From NCBI GenBank assembly GCA_964632485.1, contig CAZWDO010000019.1, positions 1-64,000 on the forward strand: a DNA stretch of 64,000 nucleotides. Reading direction: 5' to 3'. The position numbers were made by a program, and so were the translations under genes. Below the pieces are notes generated by a model, which searched no databases, was not told where the DNA came from, and saw only the letters and a program-made list of their open reading frames with translations. Shown one piece after another: positions 42,026-50,154 of this stretch. The stretch is from an uncultured bacterium (GTDB lineage Bacteria > JAGOEH01). The stretch's first letter is position 1, and every line of letters begins with the position of its first letter.

Positions 42026-43015
42026 ATGATATGGCCAGTCCCAGGCCGCCCCTATACGGCGGCGCGAAAACGGTTTGAGCACGAATTGCAAGTCCGGAAC
42101 TACTCGGAAGAGTTGGTTTTCGACACCGTAGGCGGCGAATCGGTTATTGCCCGCCGCATCCAAAAACTGCATAATTATTTCCAAAACCCGGTTTTCTCGA
42201 TCCTCGAATGTCCCCGAGATAGCGGCTCGATCATATACGACTATTCAGGCCAGGATCACAACTTTGACGTTATCGGGTTTTTAGAGAATTCGCTAATTTC
42301 CGCGTACTGGCAGACGGATGATAGCTACCGATGCCCGAACTCCGATCCAGCCGAGTATCTGCCCGCTATTTTTTTCGACGGTGTATCCTGCATCCGCACT
42401 GTGGACACGTTTTCCGATACCGGCTCATTTTCTTTTTTGATGTTTTTCCGCCGCTCCCGAATTGATGTTGAAGAATGTCTTTTGTACCGCCCAAACGCCT
42501 TTTCCCTTTCGATTTCTGCGGCGGGAGCACTTGTGTTCGCTGTCGATTCCGGCTTGTCTACTGACCAGATCGTGTGCTCCAAGACCATTGGCGATACGAT
42601 GCAGCATTTCCTTGCCTGCCGGTTCGATGCGACTGGAGGGACGCTTTCCGCCATGCTCGATGACGTGATAACATCCGATTCCACCGCCATCGCCGCCATA
42701 AATTCCACTCCCGGGAAAATAACCCTTTTCCGCGACGGAGATTCCGGCACGGCCTACGCCCAGGGCTATGCTCACAGTGCCGCATTGACCTGGGATGCGC
42801 TGTCGAACTCTGATCTTGCCGCGCTTCGCGACCAGATTGAGCCTTATGGGTATGCTTTGACCGACTATAATTATGATGATGGCGACGGGACGGAAACAGG
42901 GGAGTCGTACGCATTATGGAAGAAAAAATACGGTTTTCCGTATCTACAATATTTTGTAAATCTTGAGTTTGATTATTCGTCCGGCTACGCCGCTAAAACA
43001 GAGTCTACCACCTGA
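42026..43015 (+). CDS. LamG/concanavalin-like domain tail protein (receptor-binding candidate)
   Basis: GSIIYDYSG, AIFFDG, FSFLMFF, QHFLACRFD..LSNSDL; last phage gene. Confidence 0.7.
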   Translation: MIWPVPGRPYTAARKRFEHELQVRNYSEELVFDTVGGESVIARRIQKLHNYFQNPVFSILECPRDSGSIIYDYSGQDHNFDVIGFLENSLISAYWQTDDSYRCPNSDPAEYLPAIFFDGVSCIRTVDTFSDTGSFSFLMFFRRSRIDVEECLLYRPNAFSLSISAAGALVFAVDSGLSTDQIVCSKTIGDTMQHFLACRFDATGGTLSAMLDDVITSDSTAIAAINSTPGKITLFRDGDSGTAYAQGYAHSAALTWDALSNSDLAALRDQIEPYGYALTDYNYDDGDGTETGESYALWKKKYGFPYLQYFVNLEFDYSSGYAAKTESTT

Positions 43016-43024
43016 AATTACCAC

Positions 43025-43109
43025 TTTTCGACAGCCTTTTTGGTAGATTTTTCGCACTTTTCTAACAGCTTTGCTGTCGATTTTTCTACCACCTTGCTGT
43101 CGTTTATCA
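43025..43109 (-). promoter_or_regulatory. Prophage right end (attR) with three transposase-binding sites
   Basis: Reverse complement TGATAAA-CGACAGC-AAGG-TGGTAG, then CGACAGC-AAAGC-TGTTAG, and an inverted CGACAGC-CTTTT-TGGTAG. Confidence 0.75.
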
Positions 43110-43156
43110 TCCCCGCAACAATTCCAATGTCAAAATTTTCTAAAATAATAAAATAC

Positions 43157-43185
43157 TTGACTTTTCATCATAAGCGGATTATACT
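43157..43185 (+). promoter_or_regulatory. Sigma70 promoter of the BREX operon
   Basis: TTGACT-17 bp-TATACT. Confidence 0.7.
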
Positions 43186-43330
43186 CCAATAAAAAAGAGG
43201 AATTCAATGAGCGACGACGAGCGGCGGCATTTATGCCACTCCGAATGATGTCCAGACTCCAGAACCCACACAGCAAGGGTAGGTCCGTCCACGGAAACTA
43301 CCGATTGAAGTCGCCAAAAAAAAGCAAGAA

Positions 43331-43837
43331 ATGCCCAGGCTATTTTCAGAAAGAAAGCGTATGAACCTTGATTTCCTTAAAAATTTAGATGGTACAGCCA
43401 GGCATAATCTCATTTTACTTAAATGTGATTCAAATACACTTTATGAAGCCATCGAACAGTTTACGAATGCTGGTGTAAATATGATAAATGTTGGAAAGGA
43501 GTTGTCTGAGAAACTTTTGAAGGTTGAATCCGGCAAATACCTATCTATAGAAGCGCAAGAATATCTTCACGCGCTGATTGAAAGACAGGCTGTGGCTATT
43601 ACCAATGGCAAGCCTAAAATTGTTGCGCTCTATAATTTAGGGATACTGCTGGAGCCGGCGCTAAGCCTTAATACAGAAAACCTGCTCAAGGAATTATCAA
43701 AAAACATAACGATTATCGTTGTATGGGATCACGATTATTCCAATGGCCTATTACATTGGGGTGCGCAACAAGAAGAATATCAAATAAACCTGTCCGATAT
43801 ACATGTGGTAGAGGAGAATGCAGAATATGAAGTATAG
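43331..43837 (+). CDS. brxF: BREX-3 BrxF-like protein
   Basis: INVGKELSEKLL..LYNLGILLEPALSLNTENLLKELSKN..IVVW; first gene of the operon. Confidence 0.7.
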   Translation: MPRLFSERKRMNLDFLKNLDGTARHNLILLKCDSNTLYEAIEQFTNAGVNMINVGKELSEKLLKVESGKYLSIEAQEYLHALIERQAVAITNGKPKIVALYNLGILLEPALSLNTENLLKELSKNITIIVVWDHDYSNGLLHWGAQQEEYQINLSDIHVVEENAEYEV

Positions 43838-46800
43838 GGAACTTATCCATTTTGAGCCGATTACCTCTGTTATTCAGTTAGTAAATGCGGGTGACCTGGC
43901 TGTTGCCAAGAATCTGGTAAAGACATTCGTGTTTTCGAAAACCATAAAGTATCTGGTAAAGGAAATTATCGCTAAAAATCTTACCCCGAATCCTTCTACA
44001 GAAACAAAAGGGATACAGATTGTTGGTAGTTACGGTACGGGTAAATCTCATTTGATGTCAGTAGTTTCGGCTATTGCTGAAAATGCGGAATTGCTTAAAA
44101 ACTTGGAATCTGATGACGTAAAAGAGATTCTAAAACCAATTGCTGGACAATATAAGGTTTTGAGGTTTGTAATTGGCAATACGCAACCACTGAAGGATGT
44201 TGTTTTTGACCAAATCGAGAAATATCTCAGCAAAGAGCAAGTTGATTTTACTTTTGACGAGAAATCATTGGATAGTTGGTCGGATCAACTTAAAAAAATG
44301 ATGGCAGCTTTTGAAGACAAGTTTCCAAACCACCATTTTTTAATTGTCATTGACGAGTTATTGGAATATCTTAAAGGCCGAAAACCCACAGAGTTGAACA
44401 ATGACCTTATGCTTCTACGACAATTAGGAGAAGCCTGCGACAATTCCCGGTTCAAATTCATGTTCGGCGTGCAGGAACTTCTCTACAGAGCGCCCGAATT
44501 CCAGTTTCAAGCGGAAATGCTCAACAAAATTGAAGACCGCTATTCCGATTTGATTATTACCAAAGAAGATGTATCCTTTGTGGTCAAAGAACGTCTTCTC
44601 AAGAAGGATATTCACCAGAAGGAAAATATACGTGAGCACCTTTTAAAGTTTGCTCACATGTTTGAAGGCATAAACACAAACCTCAATGAATTCGTCGATC
44701 TGTTTCCTGTGCACCCCAATTACATCAGCTACTTTGAACGCATCAAACACGGCAAAAGCCAGCGCGAAATTTTAAAGGTTTTAACTGGTAAATTTGAAGA
44801 CCTGCTTGGACAGGAAGTGCCTGATAACAACCCTGGCTTGATTACTTATGATACGTACTGGCCGGACCTTTCTCAAAATCCGGCCATGTTGACATTCCCG
44901 GATATCCGCGCCGTCAAAGATAAAGTGGAAATTATTAATGACCGCATAAAAAGCCATTTTACCAGCGCCAGGGCGAACAGGAAAGAATTGGCGTCCAAAA
45001 TCGCTAACGCTCTTGCCATTCGGGTATTATGCGACGACCTTGACAAGCATAATGGAGCCAATGCGCAGAGTCTTAAAGAAGATCTTTGCGCTACCATAAC
45101 AAGCGCCGATAACCCGGAACTACTGCAAGCCGCCATCGATAGTACAGCCAGGCAATTGGTGACTGCAACCTCCGGGCAATATATCGATCAAGATTCCATA
45201 AGCGCCGATTATTATATCCGCACAGAAGGCGGTATCAATATTCCACAGCTTATACGTGACTATGCCGAAGACGTCATCAAACGCGACCCTGACCAGGCAG
45301 ATCAATCCTACTATGACTTTTTACAGTATGTCCTCAGCATGCAGCAGAATACATACCGTACCGGATTCAAGATATGGCAGCACAGCCTGGAATGGATTGA
45401 CAAGAAGAGCTTTAGGTTAGGCTATGTATTCTTCGGCAATCCCAACGAACGCAGCACAACCGAGCCGATTCAGCAGTATTACATTTTCTTCTGTCCAATT
45501 TTCAACAGCATTAACAGGAATGACGAGGCTGATGAAGTCTATTTCGAAATGAATGGTTTGAGTAAGGAATTCAAGGACACAATCTGTCTTTATGGAGCAG
45601 CAAAAGCAAAAGAAGTGTCGGCGCCATCCAACCAGAAGCAATTATTCCGGAGCCAGATAGATGAACATTTACGTAAAGCGATAGCCATTTTTGATAAGGA
45701 ATATACTGACAAGACACAGGTAATTTACAACGGCAAAGAAAAAGCATTGAAATCCTATCCTCTATTGGGCGAAGGCTCAACCAAAGAGATGATATTTGCC
45801 GATGTGGCAAGCCGTGTTCTTAATAAGCATTTCAATGATAAATTTCCCCATTATCCAGCTTTCAAGGATTTATTACAGCCATTGTCTAAAGAGAACTTCG
45901 ATGGCCGAATTAAGAGTGCCCTGAAAAAAATCACCGCTTCAGGACAACCCAACAGAGATGGTGAAGCGATTCTGAGCGGACTTGGATTATGGAGCGGCCA
46001 AAGTATTGACACTCAAAACAGTAAATATGCAGATAGTATCAGAAAAACCATGAAAGAGCGTGGCCATGGTTCAGTTCTAAACAGGACTGATATTATCTAT
46101 GCTCATTGTGCATCACAAAACCTCTGGTATTCTGTCGATTTTAACATTGACCATCAGTTGGAATTTCTTGTTCTTTGTGCTCTTGCCTATAAAGGCGATA
46201 TTGAAATCTGCTGGTCTGGATCAAAAGCGTTATCTGCTACCAATATTGAATCGTTGCTCAATCTCAGTGAAGAAGATTTCTTTACCTTTCAACACATTAA
46301 AGAACCGCAAGGGATACCGGTAAAAAACCTGAAAGCATTGTTCACTTGCCTTGGTTTACCTGATCTCACATCCGAACTTGAAAAACCAGAGACCATCACC
46401 AGAATTATAACCGAGGCGAAAACCCGCGTCGAAATTGTTGTCAGAACAAAATCGGTAGTATCTCAAGGGTTGCGTTGCCGCAATGTTGCTTTACTTACAG
46501 ATGAACAAGCCCAAAAGATAAAGACAGAACTCGACGCGTTAAGCACATTACTCGACAGCATTCAATCTTACAACACCTATGGCAAACTTAAAGCATTCAA
46601 ATACACAGAAGATGAGCTTAAGAATGCTTTTAGCGCCTGGCCGCATTGCGAAGCAATCAAGAAACTCCGTGACCGGGCAGATAAATTTGAAAAGCTGGTC
46701 GGTTACCTCTACACTGCGCAATCATATGTGGTAGAAGTCGAAAAGCCGCTTTACGACGATATCGTAAACGCCATAAACAATCTGGGTGCTGTCATGTCTG

Positions 46801-47492
46801 CCGGAAAAGATACTGAAACCAAAAAATATGAGGCATTGCTCAATTCATTGGTTGACAGATATGCCGAATACTACCTTTCACATTATACAAAATGCCGCCT
46901 CTCGGCTTCCGATGCACGCGTCAAAGACCGCTTGATGGGAAGCGAAAACAAGCGAATTTGTGACATTGTGAAGGATTCAGAATTTATCACGGCAACAGAA
47001 TATCAAAACTGGATTAATAGTATAACCTCCTTACGCGAAGCAGATGTCAACCTTACAAAAGCCCGCGTTAAGGAAGAACCGTATCACGATTTCAACCCGC
47101 GTGAATATTACGGAAAGCCGAACTTCAAAATACAAGAATTAGAAGAACAGCTTACTGAGATTTTGGATAAATGGATTAATGCCATGCGCTCTGTTTTTAA
47201 AGACCCGAGCGTACAGGATAACATGGATCTCCTGAAACCTGCCGACAAAAAGATTGTTGAAGACTTCAGGAATAATAAGATTGAATTAACTGCTGACAAT
47301 GCAACAAAGCTGCGGAACCTAATCAGCCAATTGGCGCAAGGTATCGATAAAGTCGAGATCACCCTTGAGGATTTCCGGAAACAACTCAACAAGCCACTTA
47401 GCCCACAGGAAGCGATTGATACGCTTACAGAGTACATTAATAATCTTTGCGCTGGTAAAGAACGGGCAAAAGTAAGAATAGTCATTAAATAA
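43827..47492 (+). CDS. brxC: BREX BrxC/PglY P-loop ATPase (DUF6079-like)
   Basis: MKYRELIHFEPITSVIQL; GSYGTGKSHLMS; IVIDELLEYL; FVDLFPVHP. Confidence 0.85.
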   Translation: MKYRELIHFEPITSVIQLVNAGDLAVAKNLVKTFVFSKTIKYLVKEIIAKNLTPNPSTETKGIQIVGSYGTGKSHLMSVVSAIAENAELLKNLESDDVKEILKPIAGQYKVLRFVIGNTQPLKDVVFDQIEKYLSKEQVDFTFDEKSLDSWSDQLKKMMAAFEDKFPNHHFLIVIDELLEYLKGRKPTELNNDLMLLRQLGEACDNSRFKFMFGVQELLYRAPEFQFQAEMLNKIEDRYSDLIITKEDVSFVVKERLLKKDIHQKENIREHLLKFAHMFEGINTNLNEFVDLFPVHPNYISYFERIKHGKSQREILKVLTGKFEDLLGQEVPDNNPGLITYDTYWPDLSQNPAMLTFPDIRAVKDKVEIINDRIKSHFTSARANRKELASKIANALAIRVLCDDLDKHNGANAQSLKEDLCATITSADNPELLQAAIDSTARQLVTATSGQYIDQDSISADYYIRTEGGINIPQLIRDYAEDVIKRDPDQADQSYYDFLQYVLSMQQNTYRTGFKIWQHSLEWIDKKSFRLGYVFFGNPNERSTTEPIQQYYIFFCPIFNSINRNDEADEVYFEMNGLSKEFKDTICLYGAAKAKEVSAPSNQKQLFRSQIDEHLRKAIAIFDKEYTDKTQVIYNGKEKALKSYPLLGEGSTKEMIFADVASRVLNKHFNDKFPHYPAFKDLLQPLSKENFDGRIKSALKKITASGQPNRDGEAILSGLGLWSGQSIDTQNSKYADSIRKTMKERGHGSVLNRTDIIYAHCASQNLWYSVDFNIDHQLEFLVLCALAYKGDIEICWSGSKALSATNIESLLNLSEEDFFTFQHIKEPQGIPVKNLKALFTCLGLPDLTSELEKPETITRIITEAKTRVEIVVRTKSVVSQGLRCRNVALLTDEQAQKIKTELDALSTLLDSIQSYNTYGKLKAFKYTEDELKNAFSAWPHCEAIKKLRDRADKFEKLVGYLYTAQSYVVEVEKPLYDDIVNAINNLGAVMSAGKDTETKKYEALLNSLVDRYAEYYLSHYTKCRLSASDARVKDRLMGSENKRICDIVKDSEFITATEYQNWINSITSLREADVNLTKARVKEEPYHDFNPREYYGKPNFKIQELEEQLTEILDKWINAMRSVFKDPSVQDNMDLLKPADKKIVEDFRNNKIELTADNATKLRNLISQLAQGIDKVEITLEDFRKQLNKPLSPQEAIDTLTEYINNLCAGKERAKVRIVIK

Positions 47493-47502
47493 GGGGAAAT
47501 AG

Positions 47503-50154
47503 ATGTCCAAAAACGATGAAATAAAATGCTTGGGAAAGTCTTTTACCAGCGAAGACGAACGCCGGGAGTATTTCCGCAAAGAACTGCGAAAGAAACTGCC
47601 GGAGCTGAAAAAGATTGAAGGGTTTCCTATTGGGGAAGATGAGGACATTCTTAATTTGAGCGATCCGCCTTATTATACGGCTTGCCCGAACCCTTGGTTG
47701 AATAATTTTATTGAGGAGTGGGAGAAGGAGAAGGAAGGAATAGCGGGGAGGAAAAAGGGATTTAGGGTTGATGAACCGTACGCTAGTGATGTGAGTGAAG
47801 GGAAGAATAATCCTATTTACACTGCGCATACTTATCACACAAAAGTGCCACATCCTGCCATTATGCGATACCTATTGTATTATACGCAGCCAGGGGACAC
47901 AGTCTTAGATGCCTTTGGTGGAACAGGAATGACTGGGGTTGCAGCACAGATATGTGAAAACCCAGATTCAGAAACCAAATTTAGAATTGAGCTTGAATGG
48001 AAAAAGCTGTTTGGCAAGTTACCGATTTGGGGCAGAAGAAAGGCTATTTGCGGCGACCTTTCTCCATATGCATCGTTTATTAGTTACAATTATAATACTC
48101 CTGCAAACTTTGAATTGGCTGATAAAGAATCTAATGGAATAATAAGCAACGTATTAAAAGATTGCTCTTGGCTTTATCAAACTAAGCACTCCGACGGCGG
48201 ATTTGGCTTAATCAATTATACTGTTTGGAGTGATGTATTTATTTGTGAAAACTGTGGGAATGAAATTGTGTTTTGGAACGCATCACTTGACTTGGAAAAT
48301 AAGGAAGTACTTGATGATATAAAATGTAACAAATGTAAACATACAAGTAGTAAGGATAATTCAGACAGGGTTTATCAAACATATTTTGACAATGTTATAG
48401 GCAAATCAATTAGGCAAGTAAAGTACACTCCTGTTCTAATTGTTTACACATATAAGGATAAAAGATTCCAAAAAAAACCTGATGATTTCGATTTAAAGTT
48501 AATTGACAAAATAGCTGATTCTAGTATACCCGACTGGGTACCAAATTATCCAATGATGAATAAAGGAATGGAATGGGGTGACACATGGAGAAAAGGTGTC
48601 CACTCAGGCGTAACACACATCCACCATTTTTATACTAAGCGAAATTTGTGGGCACTTTCGATTTTAAATAAAAATATTGAAAGTTCGAAATTGCCAAATA
48701 AGCTAAAGTTCATTTTAACCGGCTTAATTAACAGGTCGACTCAAATGAATCGAATCCATGTGAAAAACTTTTTCTTCGGGGGTGGTGGTTGGAATGCTGG
48801 GCATTTAAAGGGCACATTATACATTCCATCCTTGCCGATTGAAACATCTATTATTGAACAGGTTTCCGATAAGGTAAGCAGCTTTAAAAAGGCAATTGTT
48901 TTGTTAAGTAAAGATTACAATAATTTACAGTATGTTGGTTCAGCAACGAATCTGACTATCAAAAACAACACAATCGATTATGTTTTTACAGATCCGCCTT
49001 TTGGTGCTAATATTATGTATTCAGAGCTTAATTTTTTGCCAGAAGGATGGTTAAAAGTACTTACGAATAACAAAAAAGAAGCCATTGAAAACAAAACGCA
49101 AGGAAAGACTTTACTAGAATACCAGGTATTGATGACCGAATGCTTTAAAGAATACTATAGAATTTTAAAGCCTGGGAAATGGATGACAGTAGAGTTCAGT
49201 AATACAAGCGCATCTGTGTGGAATGGTATACAAACAGCCTTACAAAGAGCGGGCTTTATTATTGCTAATGTCGCTGCACTCGATAAAAAACAGGGCGGTA
49301 TGAGAGCAATCACAACAGCTACAGCAGTGAGGCAGGATCTTGCAATTAGCTGCTACAAACCATCTATTGAATTTCAGCAAAAATTTGATAGTGAACAAGG
49401 TGACATTACTATATGGGATTTTATAGATGAACATTTGAACCATTTACCTGTTCATTTTGAAAAAGAACATAGCACTGCGGCAATAATTGAAAGAAACCCT
49501 AAAATCTTATTTGACCGGGCAATTACATTTTATTTAATGCGCGGTCTTCCTGTACCGATTGACGCAAGAGATTTCCAGTTGGGGTTAAAGCAGAAATTCA
49601 TTGAACGAGATGGTATGTTTTTTTCAGCAGAACAGGCTACGGAGTATGATGCTAAGAAAGCAAAATCACCAAATTTTGTTCAGATGTCATTGGTTGTTAC
49701 AAATGAATCTGATGCAATTGAATGGCTTAAAGACAGGCTTCGTAATGAACAACAGAAGTACCAAGACATCACTAATGATTGGAAAATTGCAACACAAGCG
49801 TTAAGAAAAGGGGATTCTTTGCCGGAATTGCAGGATATACTGAATGAGAATTTCATTCAAGAAGATAGTGGCAAATGGCGCACACCTAATCCTCATGAGG
49901 CAAAAGATAGAGAATTAGTAAGACTAAAGGCGCTTATCAAAGAGTTTAATGGGTATGTTACCGCAATCAACCAACCCAAATCCAAAAAACTCAAAGAAGT
50001 CCGTCTCGAAGCCCTCCGCGCCGGTTTCCGTTCCTGTTTCGACAAAAAGGACTTCCAAACCATCGTCACCATGGGCGACAAAATCCCTCAAAATCTATTA
50101 CTTGAGGATGAACAGTTGCTGATGTTTTATGATATTGCTAAGGACAGGATTTAG
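47503..50154 (+). CDS. pglXI: BREX-3 amino-DNA methyltransferase
   Basis: LSDPPYYTACPNPW, HTYHTKVPH, motif I DAFGGTGMTG, motif IV FTDPPF. Confidence 0.85.
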   Translation: MSKNDEIKCLGKSFTSEDERREYFRKELRKKLPELKKIEGFPIGEDEDILNLSDPPYYTACPNPWLNNFIEEWEKEKEGIAGRKKGFRVDEPYASDVSEGKNNPIYTAHTYHTKVPHPAIMRYLLYYTQPGDTVLDAFGGTGMTGVAAQICENPDSETKFRIELEWKKLFGKLPIWGRRKAICGDLSPYASFISYNYNTPANFELADKESNGIISNVLKDCSWLYQTKHSDGGFGLINYTVWSDVFICENCGNEIVFWNASLDLENKEVLDDIKCNKCKHTSSKDNSDRVYQTYFDNVIGKSIRQVKYTPVLIVYTYKDKRFQKKPDDFDLKLIDKIADSSIPDWVPNYPMMNKGMEWGDTWRKGVHSGVTHIHHFYTKRNLWALSILNKNIESSKLPNKLKFILTGLINRSTQMNRIHVKNFFFGGGGWNAGHLKGTLYIPSLPIETSIIEQVSDKVSSFKKAIVLLSKDYNNLQYVGSATNLTIKNNTIDYVFTDPPFGANIMYSELNFLPEGWLKVLTNNKKEAIENKTQGKTLLEYQVLMTECFKEYYRILKPGKWMTVEFSNTSASVWNGIQTALQRAGFIIANVAALDKKQGGMRAITTATAVRQDLAISCYKPSIEFQQKFDSEQGDITIWDFIDEHLNHLPVHFEKEHSTAAIIERNPKILFDRAITFYLMRGLPVPIDARDFQLGLKQKFIERDGMFFSAEQATEYDAKKAKSPNFVQMSLVVTNESDAIEWLKDRLRNEQQKYQDITNDWKIATQALRKGDSLPELQDILNENFIQEDSGKWRTPNPHEAKDRELVRLKALIKEFNGYVTAINQPKSKKLKEVRLEALRAGFRSCFDKKDFQTIVTMGDKIPQNLLLEDEQLLMFYDIAKDRI

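Larger units (their letters stand above)
8760..43109 (+). mobile_element. Transposable (Mu-like) prophage, ~34.35 kb
   Basis: DDE transposase, AAA ATPase, Mor, Gam, GemA, MuF, head, tail and lysis genes. TG/CA termini with in-register CGACxG-N5-TGxTAG sites. TCCC flanks both ends. Confidence 0.9.

Noticed and set aside
40105-43109. Gin-type invertible tail segment or mom
   Set aside because: No invertase, no inverted fibre copy and no mom-like ORF seen.
8792-43120. Alternative phage ends TGTT(8792)...AACA(43120)
   Set aside because: Flanks TAGGG and ATTCC do not match and the internal sites are out of register; 8760/43109 fits better.
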